NCBI GenBank assembly: GCA_965205505.1
Contig: CBDBHB010000008.1
Span: 640,001-704,000 of the forward strand
Length of the DNA stretch: 64,000 nucleotides
Direction: 5' to 3'
Source of the DNA: Acidobacteriota bacterium
GTDB lineage: Bacteria; Acidobacteriota; UBA890; WLXD01
Shown here: in pieces, positions 50,137-59,484 of the stretch
How the letters are laid out: each line of letters starts with the position of its first letter
How positions within the stretch are numbered: the first letter of the stretch is position 1
Position numbers and translations under genes: made by a program
The notes under the pieces: generated by a model
Told to the model about the DNA's origin: nothing
Seen by the model: the letters and a program-made list of their open reading frames with translations, nothing else
Database searches by the model: none

Positions 50137-51120
50137 CTAGCCGGCCCTCGACCCACGCCACGCCGCAAGGGCGTCCTCGGCGTAGTGACACGCGACGGTG
50201 TGGCCCGGCACGAGCTCTCGAAGAGTCGGTCGCTCGCTGTGGCAGCGCTGCTGCGCCAGCGGACACCGGGGGTGGAAGGCGCACCCCGGCGGTGGGGCGC
50301 TCGGACTCGGCAGACTCCCGCCCAGCGCCATCCGCGCCCGACGGTCGCGTTGATGCAGCTGCGGCACTGCCGAACGCAGCGCCTGGGTATAGGGATGCGC
50401 AGGAGCGTCGAGCAGATTCGCCGTCGAGCCCTGCTCGATGATGCGCCCCAGGTACAGCACGGCGGTCTCCTCGCAAAGCTTGGCGATCACCGCCAGGTTG
50501 TGGGAGATCAGCAGGTAAGCGAGGCGTCGCTCCTGGCGCAGTTTCCTGATCAGTGCCAGAATCCGCGCCTGCACGGTGACATCGACGGCGCTGGTCGGCT
50601 CGTCCAGCACCAGCACCCGGGGACGCACCGCAAGCGCACGGGCCAGCACGACGCGTTGCCGCTGACCACCCGACAGCTGATGCGGGTAACGGTCTGCGTG
50701 CTCAGCCTCGAGCTCTACCTCGGAAAGATGCTGCCGCACGCGCTCGACCATCTCGTCTCGGGCAACGATATCGTGTGCGATCAACGCTTCGCGCACCGCC
50801 TCGCCAACCTTCATTCGCGGATCGAGGCTAGAGTCGGTGTCCTGGAAAACGATCTGCACCGCCCTACGGAAAGCCTTCAGCGAGCGCCCTCGGAGCGCTT
50901 GCACCTCATCCCCATCGAGCCAAATCTTGCCCGCCGAAAGCGGCACCAGCCGAGTCACGGCGCGCGCCAGCGTCGTCTTTCCGGAGCCGCACTCGCCGAC
51001 GAGACCCAGGCCGAATGGTCCGGCTGGCAGCTCGAACGACACCCCGTCGATGGCGGGCACGTTGCCGAAGCGCACCTGCACGTCGTGCGCGCGCAGCAAC
51101 GAGGGCAACGGCTCGTTCAT
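50137..51120 (-). CDS. Oligopeptide/dipeptide ABC ATPase (DppF/OppF-like)
   Basis: GECGSGKT, LSGGQRQR, LDEPT, HPYT and GCAFHPRC. Confidence 0.92.
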   Translation of the reverse strand: MNEPLPSLLRAHDVQVRFGNVPAIDGVSFELPAGPFGLGLVGECGSGKTTLARAVTRLVPLSAGKIWLDGDEVQALRGRSLKAFRRAVQIVFQDTDSSLDPRMKVGEAVREALIAHDIVARDEMVERVRQHLSEVELEAEHADRYPHQLSGGQRQRVVLARALAVRPRVLVLDEPTSAVDVTVQARILALIRKLRQERRLAYLLISHNLAVIAKLCEETAVLYLGRIIEQGSTANLLDAPAHPYTQALRSAVPQLHQRDRRARMALGGSLPSPSAPPPGCAFHPRCPLAQQRCHSERPTLRELVPGHTVACHYAEDALAAWRGSRAG

Positions 51121-51929
51121 AGGGCCCCTTCCGCGACCGTCAACGTGGGCACCGCGTCCACGAGCTCACGCGTATAGGGCTCGCGCGGGTCGGACAACGT
51201 CCGCCCGGTCGGGCCGACCTCCAAGAGCCTTCCGCCCCGCATCACGGCAACGCGATCGCACAGCTCGGCTAGCACGGACAGGTCGTGGCTGATGAAGAGC
51301 ACCGACATCGAGCGGTCATCCCGCAGCTGGCGCAGCAGCTGCAAGATCTCCGCCTGCACGGTGACATCCAGCGAGCTCGTGGGCTCGTCAGCCACCAGCA
51401 CGCGCGTGCCGAGCGCTAACGCCAGCGCGATCGCTACGCGTTGCGCCTGGCCGCCGGAGAGCTGATGCGGATACCGATGCAGTAGCTCGGGATCGAGCAA
51501 AACGCCGCGCATGGCTTCGCCGGCGCGGCGATGCGACGCCGAGCGTGACAGTCCGTGCAGCCTCAGCGCACGCTGCACGACGTCACCTACTCGGAACACC
51601 GGATTAAACACCGGATTCTGAAAGACCATCGCGATCCGCCGCCCGCGAATCCCGCGGAGCCAGGCTTCGGAGCGCCCCACAAGCTGTTCGCCCTCGAGAA
51701 GGACGCTGCCCGAGACCTGCGCGCCGAGCTTGGCCGCCAGGCCCAGGATGGCATACGCGGTGAGCGACTTGCCGGCTCCACTCTCGCCGGCCAGTCCGAG
51801 GATCTCACCCTCGAACAGGTCCAGTGCCTCCAGCTCGACAACGCGGTGGTCTCCAAAGCGAATCACCAGGTCGCGGATGCGCAATCGGGCTCCCATCCCA
51901 ACCGAGCCGGGCGGCACGGCGGCGCTCAC
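51117..51929 (-). CDS. Oligopeptide/dipeptide ABC ATPase (DppD/OppD-like)
   Basis: GESGAGKS, LSGGQAQR, ADEPT and ISHDL; GTG overlaps the upstream stop. Confidence 0.9.
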   Translation of the reverse strand: MSAAVPPGSVGMGARLRIRDLVIRFGDHRVVELEALDLFEGEILGLAGESGAGKSLTAYAILGLAAKLGAQVSGSVLLEGEQLVGRSEAWLRGIRGRRIAMVFQNPVFNPVFRVGDVVQRALRLHGLSRSASHRRAGEAMRGVLLDPELLHRYPHQLSGGQAQRVAIALALALGTRVLVADEPTSSLDVTVQAEILQLLRQLRDDRSMSVLFISHDLSVLAELCDRVAVMRGGRLLEVGPTGRTLSDPREPYTRELVDAVPTLTVAEGAL

Positions 51930-52810
51930 GAGGACACGGCCATGCGCTTGGGATCGAGCACCTCTCGCAGACCATCGCCGATCAGGTTGAAGGCCATCGC
52001 GGCGAGCAAGATCGCGGCGCCCGGGAACGTCACCACCCACCAGTGGGTGGCGAAGTAGGAGCGTCCCTGGCTCACCATCAGGCCCCACTCCGGTATCGGG
52101 TCCTGTGCGCCGAGCCCGAGGAACGACATCGCGGCCGATACCAGTATGACCCCACCCAGGTCGAGCGAGGCCTGCACGATGATCGGCGTCACGGCGTTCG
52201 GGAGCACGTGCCGGAAGACGATGCGGGCATCGCTCAACCCGAGCGCACGACAGCTTTCGATCAGCTGCCGGCCGGCCACCGACGACGCCTGCCCGCGCGC
52301 CAAGCGCGCGTACCAAGGCCACCAGGCAACGGCCAGCGCGATCGTGGCCGAGGTGATGCTGGGCGTGAGCACCGCCACCAACGCCAGCGCCAATAGCAAC
52401 GGTGGAAACGCCAGGAAGACATCGACTAGCCGCATGATCACCTCGTCGACGCGTCCACCGAAGTAGCCCGCCACGATGCCGAGCGGCACGCCTACGAGAC
52501 AGGCAAGCGCCAGAACGAGCCCGGCGATCCGCAACGAGACGCGGGCGCCATACAAAACACGGGTCAAGAGATCGCGCCCCAACTGATCCGTTCCGAACGG
52601 ATGGATCCACGATGGCGGCTGTAGCGTGTCTTCCAGATGCACAGTGGTGTCGGCATCTGACGGCGCCGGCGAGAGCAGCGGCGCGCCCAGCGCCATCAGC
52701 AACAGCACGAGCCCGAGGGTCGACCCCATCGCCAGCAACGGATTGTCCCGCCACCACGTGACCGCAACTGCCGAAGAAGACGGTCGGCTTTCCACGTGGG
52801 CGCGACTCAT
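51926..52810 (-). CDS. Peptide ABC permease (DppC-like)
   Basis: HPFGTDQLGRD, GARVSL, RHVLPN, SFLGLG and PEWG. Confidence 0.92.
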   Translation of the reverse strand: MSRAHVESRPSSSAVAVTWWRDNPLLAMGSTLGLVLLLMALGAPLLSPAPSDADTTVHLEDTLQPPSWIHPFGTDQLGRDLLTRVLYGARVSLRIAGLVLALACLVGVPLGIVAGYFGGRVDEVIMRLVDVFLAFPPLLLALALVAVLTPSITSATIALAVAWWPWYARLARGQASSVAGRQLIESCRALGLSDARIVFRHVLPNAVTPIIVQASLDLGGVILVSAAMSFLGLGAQDPIPEWGLMVSQGRSYFATHWWVVTFPGAAILLAAMAFNLIGDGLREVLDPKRMAVSS

Positions 52811-53844
52811 TGCAAGCGGATCCTCGGGTCGATCACAGTCTGCAACAGGTCGACGGCGAGGTTGCCCAGCACGTACGCCAGCGCAACGACGAGCGTGATG
52901 CCAACGATCGCCGGCGTGTCTAGCGACTGCACGGCCAAGGCCGCGTAGAGTCCGAGCCCCGGCCAGTTGAAGATCGCCTCGACCAGGAAGGTGTTCGCCA
53001 GCGAGTAGGCGAAGATCAGCGCCGTCACCGTGATCACCGGGTTCAGGGCCGGCTTTAGCGCGAAGCGACCGAAGACGGCCGCTTCGGAGAACCCGAGCGC
53101 GCGGACCATCTGGATGTGGGTGTCGCCGAGGGTCTCGAGCGCCGAGGCGCGGACCATACGAGCGACGACCCCCATCGGGTAGGCGGCCAGCACGAGCGCT
53201 GGAATAACCAGGTGGACCAACGAGCTGCGCAGCACCGGGCCGTTGAGCCCGATCAGCGCATCGAGCACCGTCATGCCCGTGTAGCTGACGAGTCGGCTGG
53301 TGTAGTAGAGGGCCGGATCGTAACGCCCCGCGACGGGCAACAGCTCGAGCTTTTCGAAGAACACCAGCTGCAGGATCGGCGCTAGCCAGAATACCGGCAT
53401 GGAGACCCCGATCACCGAAACGAGCCTCACGAGCACGTCGGGCACGCGACCCTTGTAGCGCGCGGAGACCAAGCCCAAGGGGATTCCCACCATCAGCCCC
53501 AACAGCAAGGCCGTTCCAACGAGCTCGATCGAGGCCGGCAGTCCGGCGGCGATGTCGGTGAGCACCGGCCGTCGAGTGCGCAGCGACACTCCCCAATCAC
53601 CGATCGCCACGCCGCGCAGGTAATCCCACAACTGAACTCGCAACGGACGATCGAAACCGAGGTCCTGACGCGCCTGCTCCAGCACCTCGGCGGGCACGTG
53701 CCCACCGACCCACGTGGCTGCGGGATCGCTCGGGATCACCCGCGAGATGACGAACGTCAACACCACCACGCCGATCACCACCAGCAGCCCGGTGGCGACA
53801 CGGCGGCCGATGTAACGAACTAGGGTTGCCGTCTCTGGTCGCAC
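52807..53844 (-). CDS. Peptide ABC permease (DppB-like)
   Basis: YIGRR, PSDPA, GDWGVS, SMPVFW and EAIFNWPGLG; start approximate. Confidence 0.9.
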   Translation of the reverse strand: MRPETATLVRYIGRRVATGLLVVIGVVVLTFVISRVIPSDPAATWVGGHVPAEVLEQARQDLGFDRPLRVQLWDYLRGVAIGDWGVSLRTRRPVLTDIAAGLPASIELVGTALLLGLMVGIPLGLVSARYKGRVPDVLVRLVSVIGVSMPVFWLAPILQLVFFEKLELLPVAGRYDPALYYTSRLVSYTGMTVLDALIGLNGPVLRSSLVHLVIPALVLAAYPMGVVARMVRASALETLGDTHIQMVRALGFSEAAVFGRFALKPALNPVITVTALIFAYSLANTFLVEAIFNWPGLGLYAALAVQSLDTPAIVGITLVVALAYVLGNLAVDLLQTVIDPRIRLQ

Positions 53845-53939
53845 GACATGGCGTTTCCCACAGCTGGCCGCCGACGTCAACTTCGCCGCCGATCGCCGCC
53901 TCCTCGCACCGTGCTAGGATCGCCGCTTCCTGGTCGGAC

Positions 53940-53977
53940 CTGGTGCCCTGTAACCGAGGTTCGTTGCACATTGCCGG
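53940..53977 (+). repeat. Dispersed ~38-bp motif, copy 3
   Basis: CTGGTGCCCTGTAACCGAGGTTCGTTGCACATTGCCGG is 31/38 identical to 26044-26081. Confidence 0.75.
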
Positions 53978-53991
53978 ATCGAGATGGGGGC

Positions 53992-56028
53992 ATGCCGGAC
54001 ATGCGTCTCGGGATCGACGTAGGCGGAACTTTCGTGGACTTCGTGCTGCTCGAGGAGCACACCGGACGAACCCGTATCGAGAAGGTCCACGCCGCGGGTT
54101 CGCTGCAGGAGCGCTGTTTCGAGGGCTTCGAGAGGCTCGACCTACAGCCGCGCGACCTGGCAATGCTGATCCACGGCTCGACCTTGGTAATCAACACCAT
54201 CGTGCAGGAATCGGGCGCTCGCGTGGGCTTGATCACCACCTCCGGCTTTCGCGACGTCCTCGAGCTCGGCCGCGGCAATCGGGCAGATATCTACGACCTG
54301 TTCTACAAGCCACCGCCGCCCCTCGTGCCGCGCTGGCGAAGGCACGAGGTACGCGAGCGCATGAGCCATCGCGGCGAGGTGCTCGAGCCCCTCGACGAAG
54401 AAGAGGCCGCCGCCGCCTTGGCACGGCTGAGCGATCAGCAGGTCGAGGGGGTCGCCATCTGTTTCTTGCACGCCTACGCGAACTCCACTCACGAGCAGCG
54501 CATGGCCGAGATCGTTCGCGCCGCCCTGCCGAATGTCACGGTGAGCGCCTCTTCCGACCTGGTACGGGAGCACAGGGAGTTCGAGCGCACCTCGACCACG
54601 GTGCTCAATGCCTATGTGCAGCCGCGCATGAGCGCCTACCTCTCGAGCCTCGACCGCGGCCTGCGACAGCACGACTACCAAGGGCCGTTCACCATCATGC
54701 AATCGTCCGGCGGCATGACGTTTGTGGACGGCGCAATGAAGGCGCCGATTCGAACGGTTCAGTCGGGTCCTGCCGGGGGCGTCATCGCCGCCACGACGTT
54801 GGGCGCCGAGCTGGGCTACGCCAACCTGGTCTCCGCAGACGTGGGTGGGACGACGTTCGACGTCGCCCTCGTGGTAGACGGCAAACCACTCGAGAAGGGC
54901 GAGACTACGATCGGGCGACGGCCGGTGCTGCAGCCAACGATCGATATCGTTTCGATCGGCGCCGGGGGCGGTAGCATTGCCTGGATCGACGGCGAGGACG
55001 GCCTGCAAGTCGGACCGCGCAGCGCCGAGGCGCATCCGGGGCCCGCCTGCTTCGGCCTGGGAGGCGAAGAGCCGACGGTAACGGATGCCCAGGTCGTGCT
55101 GGGGTACCTGGACCCGGACTTCTATCTCGGGAGTCGCATGGAGCTGGATCCGGCGGCTGCTCAGAACGCCATCGAGTCACACATTGCCGGGCCGCTGAAC
55201 ATGGAGCTGACCGCTGCCGCCAGCGGCATCATTCAGCTCATCAACATGAACATGACCCACGCAATCCGCCGAATCACCATCGAGCACGGGCACGATCCGC
55301 GCGAATTCGGCCTGCTGTGCCACGGCGGGGGCGGCGGGCTATTCGCCGGCGCGCTGATGCGGGAGCTGGAATTGCAACGTGCCATCATCCCCGTTGATCC
55401 GGCTACCTTCTCGGCCTGGGGGCTGCTGACCGCCGCCTATCGTGAGGATTCGGTGCGGACGGTCGTACGCTTGCTGGAAGAGCTCGGCGGCGGCGAGCTG
55501 GCCGGCCTGCTGGCCGACCTCACCGGCGATGCCCTGGGCAAGCTGCGGGCGGGGGGAATCGAGACCGCGGAGGCGCGACTGCGCCACTACGGCGACATGC
55601 GCTACAGCGGTCAGGAGCACACTGTCAAAGTCCCCATACTCGAGGAGGACCTTGCCGAAGACGGCCTGGTTGCCCTCCGGGGACGCTTCGATGCGCTGCA
55701 TGAGCAGGCCTACGCGCACGCGCTGCCCGATCATGCCGTCGAGTTGGTGAACTTGCGCGCGCTGGCGGAATTGCCGACCTTGTCCCCTCGGATCGGCGCG
55801 CTCTCGGAGCGTGAGGGGCCACTGCAGGCAAAGGGGTTGAGGCAGATCTGGTTGGCGGGCGCCGACTCCCCGCTCGATTGTCCGATCTACGATCGCGACC
55901 GGCTCGGTCCCGGAGATCGTCTGCCAGGCCCGACCATCGTAGAGGAGTGGACGTCGACGACGCTGGTGGCCTGCGACCAGCAGCTCGACGTCGATGCATA
56001 CGGCAACCTGATCGTGTCGATGCGCTGA
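53992..56028 (+). CDS. Hydantoinase/oxoprolinase subunit A (HyuA-like)
   Basis: GIDVGGTF.D, TTSGFRD.LE, EFERTSTT..NAY, SGPAGG, DVGGTT.D, IGAGGGS, GP.SA...PGPAC and PTVTDA. Confidence 0.9.
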   Translation: MPDMRLGIDVGGTFVDFVLLEEHTGRTRIEKVHAAGSLQERCFEGFERLDLQPRDLAMLIHGSTLVINTIVQESGARVGLITTSGFRDVLELGRGNRADIYDLFYKPPPPLVPRWRRHEVRERMSHRGEVLEPLDEEEAAAALARLSDQQVEGVAICFLHAYANSTHEQRMAEIVRAALPNVTVSASSDLVREHREFERTSTTVLNAYVQPRMSAYLSSLDRGLRQHDYQGPFTIMQSSGGMTFVDGAMKAPIRTVQSGPAGGVIAATTLGAELGYANLVSADVGGTTFDVALVVDGKPLEKGETTIGRRPVLQPTIDIVSIGAGGGSIAWIDGEDGLQVGPRSAEAHPGPACFGLGGEEPTVTDAQVVLGYLDPDFYLGSRMELDPAAAQNAIESHIAGPLNMELTAAASGIIQLINMNMTHAIRRITIEHGHDPREFGLLCHGGGGGLFAGALMRELELQRAIIPVDPATFSAWGLLTAAYREDSVRTVVRLLEELGGGELAGLLADLTGDALGKLRAGGIETAEARLRHYGDMRYSGQEHTVKVPILEEDLAEDGLVALRGRFDALHEQAYAHALPDHAVELVNLRALAELPTLSPRIGALSEREGPLQAKGLRQIWLAGADSPLDCPIYDRDRLGPGDRLPGPTIVEEWTSTTLVACDQQLDVDAYGNLIVSMR

Positions 56029-56088
56029 CACCGGAAGGTTGGCCGTCGACACCGGTGTCGCGACGGGGTGACACCGCTGCTACCGAGA

Positions 56089-57675
56089 CTACCGTCGAAG
56101 CTCGCGGACCTGTACGGCGTTCGGGTAGACCGGGTTGTCGACGAAGTCGTCCGCCGATCTCAGCATCACCCGCTGATAGGCCATGTCACCCAGCAACACC
56201 GCCGGGGCCTCGTCGAGAAGCCTCACCTGGAGCTGCCGATATAGCTCGGTCGCGGCCGCGCGATCGACGCCGAGGAGCCGCTGCGCCTCGGCCATCATGG
56301 GGTCCAGCTCGGGATCGGAAAACCGCGTCACGTTGTAGTGCGGCGGATCCTCGGTGCCGAACAGGGGTGCGAACCACGTCGGCGGCGCCGGGTAGTCAGG
56401 CCACCACATCATCAACATCATGTCGATGGCCTTGGCAGGATCGGGTGCCTTTGCCGTCGCCCACAGCAACTCCCAGAGCATTGGGCGCAACTGCACGACG
56501 ATGTTGAGCGCCGCCAGATTGGATTTCAGCACCGCCGCGGCCAGCGCTTCCTCCGGCTCTTCGGGAAGGTAGCCGAGCTCGAGCCGGAGGGTCTCGCCTC
56601 CGGGTCCGTAGCCCGCCTGCTGCAGCAGCGCGGCCGCCTTGTCCGGGTCGTAGTCGTACAACGGCAGGCCATGTGACTCACCCGGCATACCGTGGGGGAT
56701 CAAGCCGTGCGCTCGTGACAGCGCGCCGTGCGATGCGGCCACCAGGCCGTCGTAGTCGATGCCGTGCGAGATCGCCTGGCGGACGCGCTTGTCTGCCAGG
56801 GCGCCACGCCGAATGTTGAACAGCATGAACATGTTCTGAAAGGAGGCGGTCGAGGTGGTGTGAAACTCCGGGTCGTCGGTGAACGTGGCCCAAAGCTGAG
56901 GGGTCAGCTTTTCGACGAAGCTAAGCTGCCGGGCGTTCAACAGCTGCGCTGCGGTGTTGGGCTCCCGCACGACGCGGAACACCACGTTGCGGTAGTGATG
57001 CGGCTCCCACCCACCCCAGTACCCCTCGTACGCTTTCAGCCGCAGCTCGATCTCCTGTCCACGGTGCCAGGCATCAACGGTGTAGGGCCCGGTACCGGCA
57101 TCGCGTCCCTCCGAAAACCAGTCTCCCAGCTCGTCGGCGGGGGCCGCCCGCGCGTCGTAGATCTCCCCCTGGTAGGCGGCCGCCGCGATCAGGTCGATCG
57201 GCGCCGGGTAGCGAAGGTAAAACACCAGGGTCAGCGGATCCGGTGCCGCGATCCTCTCGACCGAGCTCCAGATATAAGCGGATCCGAGCCCCAGCCCGAT
57301 GGTGCGGTCGAGCGCTTCCTTGGCAGCCTGCGCCGTCAGCCGTCTGCCGGTGTGGAAGGTGATGCCCTCCCGTAGCCTGAAGGTCCACTGCATGCGGTCC
57401 GGCGCGGCGAAGAAGTTCTCCGCCAGCAGCGGCTGTACGGTATCGGTGGCCGGATCGTAACGGGTCAGCCCCTCGTACATCAGCGGCGTCGCCTTGACCT
57501 CGTTGGAGGCATGCGTGGCCGGATCCCAGCCGATCATCACCTCGACGGTCGACGCAATGTTGAACACCGCCGGGTCTATGGGTCTGGTTCCGGCAGCGGA
57601 AGGCGCGCACCCTAGAAGGAATACCTGCAGCCCGACAGTAGCCTTCAGCGCGTATCGGGCAGGAGCTTTGCTCAC
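56089..57675 (-). CDS. Family 5 ABC substrate-binding lipoprotein (DppA-like)
   Basis: Lipobox LLGC; YEGLT, PLLAE, WTFRLREGITFH.G, GTGPY and VRQAI; GTG after GGAGG. Confidence 0.88.
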   Translation of the reverse strand: MSKAPARYALKATVGLQVFLLGCAPSAAGTRPIDPAVFNIASTVEVMIGWDPATHASNEVKATPLMYEGLTRYDPATDTVQPLLAENFFAAPDRMQWTFRLREGITFHTGRRLTAQAAKEALDRTIGLGLGSAYIWSSVERIAAPDPLTLVFYLRYPAPIDLIAAAAYQGEIYDARAAPADELGDWFSEGRDAGTGPYTVDAWHRGQEIELRLKAYEGYWGGWEPHHYRNVVFRVVREPNTAAQLLNARQLSFVEKLTPQLWATFTDDPEFHTTSTASFQNMFMLFNIRRGALADKRVRQAISHGIDYDGLVAASHGALSRAHGLIPHGMPGESHGLPLYDYDPDKAAALLQQAGYGPGGETLRLELGYLPEEPEEALAAAVLKSNLAALNIVVQLRPMLWELLWATAKAPDPAKAIDMMLMMWWPDYPAPPTWFAPLFGTEDPPHYNVTRFSDPELDPMMAEAQRLLGVDRAAATELYRQLQVRLLDEAPAVLLGDMAYQRVMLRSADDFVDNPVYPNAVQVRELRR

Positions 57676-57786
57676 CGGCGCGCAATCCTCCGCTTGACCT
57701 GGGGCCCCTTCAACGCGTAGCAATAGCGGCGCACCCGCCGTCCGCCACCTTGGTGGCCAAACCCGAGCATCTCACACGAGGCCTCC

Positions 57787-59484
57787 GTGAAAGCAGATCT
57801 CGACCCGATCAGCGTGCAGGTCATCCGCGGCGCCATCAAGGCCGTCGCCGACGAGATGATGGTGAGCCTGATCAAAACAGCCCACAACCCGCTCATCTAC
57901 GAGGTGCAGGACTTCGGGGTCGGGCTCAGCTCACACCACGGCCATCTGCTCGCCGATGGCTCGGGTCTACCGGGATTCATCGGCTGTCTGCCACGCACCG
58001 TGCGTAGCGGTCTCGAGGTCATCGGTGCCGACGACTTCGCCGATGGAGACATCCTGCTGAGCAACGAGCCATACGACACCGGCACCCACATAAGCGACAC
58101 CGTGGTCTACATGCCGATCTTCCATGACGGCCGCCTGGAGGCGTTCTCGGCGATCATGGCCCACTGGGCCGATATCGGCGGCATCACGCCGGGCGGCTGG
58201 TGCCCTGACTCCACCGATGTCCACCAGGAAGGGCTGCTGTTTCCACACCTGAAGCTCTACGACGCCGGCAGGCTGAACCGGGAGCTGCACCGCTTGATCC
58301 TCGCCAACGTGCGCTTCCCCGGCATCGTGGAGGGCGACCTCAACGCCATGATCGCGGCATGTCGCACGGGGGCCCGTCGCTACCAGGCGCTGTGTGGTCG
58401 TCACGGCGCCGACCGGCTGCGCGACGCGATGGAGACCGTCTTCGACCAGTCGGAGCGCCGCATGCGGCGCGAGATAACCGCCATCCCCGACGGCGAATAC
58501 AAGGCCGAGACGATCATGGACCACGACGGTGTAGAGACCGACAAGCCGTTCACTATGCGGGTCACCGTGATCGTCGATGGCGACGAGCTGCGAATCGACT
58601 GGGAGGGCACCGATCCGGTGACCAAGGGGCCGGTCAATCACCCCGGCCCCGGCACCGAGGCGCTCGGCGAGGTGGCGATCAAGTCACTGCTCATGCCTAT
58701 GGAGCCGATGAACCATGGCCATCTCCGCCCAATCACCGTCGCCTCCCCGGCGGACACGGTGGTCAACCCGTCATACCCTGCGCCCACCGACTCCTACGGT
58801 TATGTCGGCGAGATGGTCCTTCATCTGGTGGTGCGCGCGCTGGCGGTCGCGATTCCGGATCTTTGTCCCGCCTGCTCGTATCAGATGTGCGGCGCCAGCT
58901 TCTACCGCATGGACCCCAGGCTCGGCAAGCCGTTCATCCTCACCGAGCCGGTCGACGGCGGCGGCGGCGCGCTGCCCCACGATGACGGACCCAGCGGTAC
59001 GATCTTCGTCGGCGACGGAGACGCGCCCAACACCCCTGTCGAGGTGATCGAAGGTCGCTACCCCATCCTCATGCGACGCTACGCATTCAACTCGGAGGGC
59101 GCCGGCGCCGGAAAGTACCGCGGCGGGTTCGGCGTCGTCCGCGACTACGAGATGCTCGAGGACGACATCCTGGTGCAGACCAGCAACGAGAACAGCCTCC
59201 ATCCGCCGTGGGGGCTATTCGGTGGCGGCCATGCCGGCGTCAGCACCGTCGTCCTGTGGGAGGGCAGCGACCGCGAGCGCGTCACCGCGGGTCGCTTCGC
59301 CCGGCTCGGCCCCTTCAACCGCGGCGATCGCGTCAGCGTGCGTACGGCGGGCGGAGGCGGCTGGGGCGACCCGAAGGATCGCGATCCGGGGCGCGTGCGT
59401 GACGATGTTCAGAACGGCTTCATCGGCGCCGCAGAGGCCGAATCGGTATACGGTGTGACTCTCGACGGAGAGAAAAATGGCTAG
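57787..59484 (+). CDS. Hydantoinase/oxoprolinase subunit B (HyuB-like)
   Basis: DPI...VI, NEPY..GTH..D, HWADIGG..PG, QEGL, NTPVEVIE..YP, GAGKYRGG and AGGGGWGDP. Confidence 0.9.
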   Translation: MKADLDPISVQVIRGAIKAVADEMMVSLIKTAHNPLIYEVQDFGVGLSSHHGHLLADGSGLPGFIGCLPRTVRSGLEVIGADDFADGDILLSNEPYDTGTHISDTVVYMPIFHDGRLEAFSAIMAHWADIGGITPGGWCPDSTDVHQEGLLFPHLKLYDAGRLNRELHRLILANVRFPGIVEGDLNAMIAACRTGARRYQALCGRHGADRLRDAMETVFDQSERRMRREITAIPDGEYKAETIMDHDGVETDKPFTMRVTVIVDGDELRIDWEGTDPVTKGPVNHPGPGTEALGEVAIKSLLMPMEPMNHGHLRPITVASPADTVVNPSYPAPTDSYGYVGEMVLHLVVRALAVAIPDLCPACSYQMCGASFYRMDPRLGKPFILTEPVDGGGGALPHDDGPSGTIFVGDGDAPNTPVEVIEGRYPILMRRYAFNSEGAGAGKYRGGFGVVRDYEMLEDDILVQTSNENSLHPPWGLFGGGHAGVSTVVLWEGSDRERVTAGRFARLGPFNRGDRVSVRTAGGGGWGDPKDRDPGRVRDDVQNGFIGAAEAESVYGVTLDGEKNG

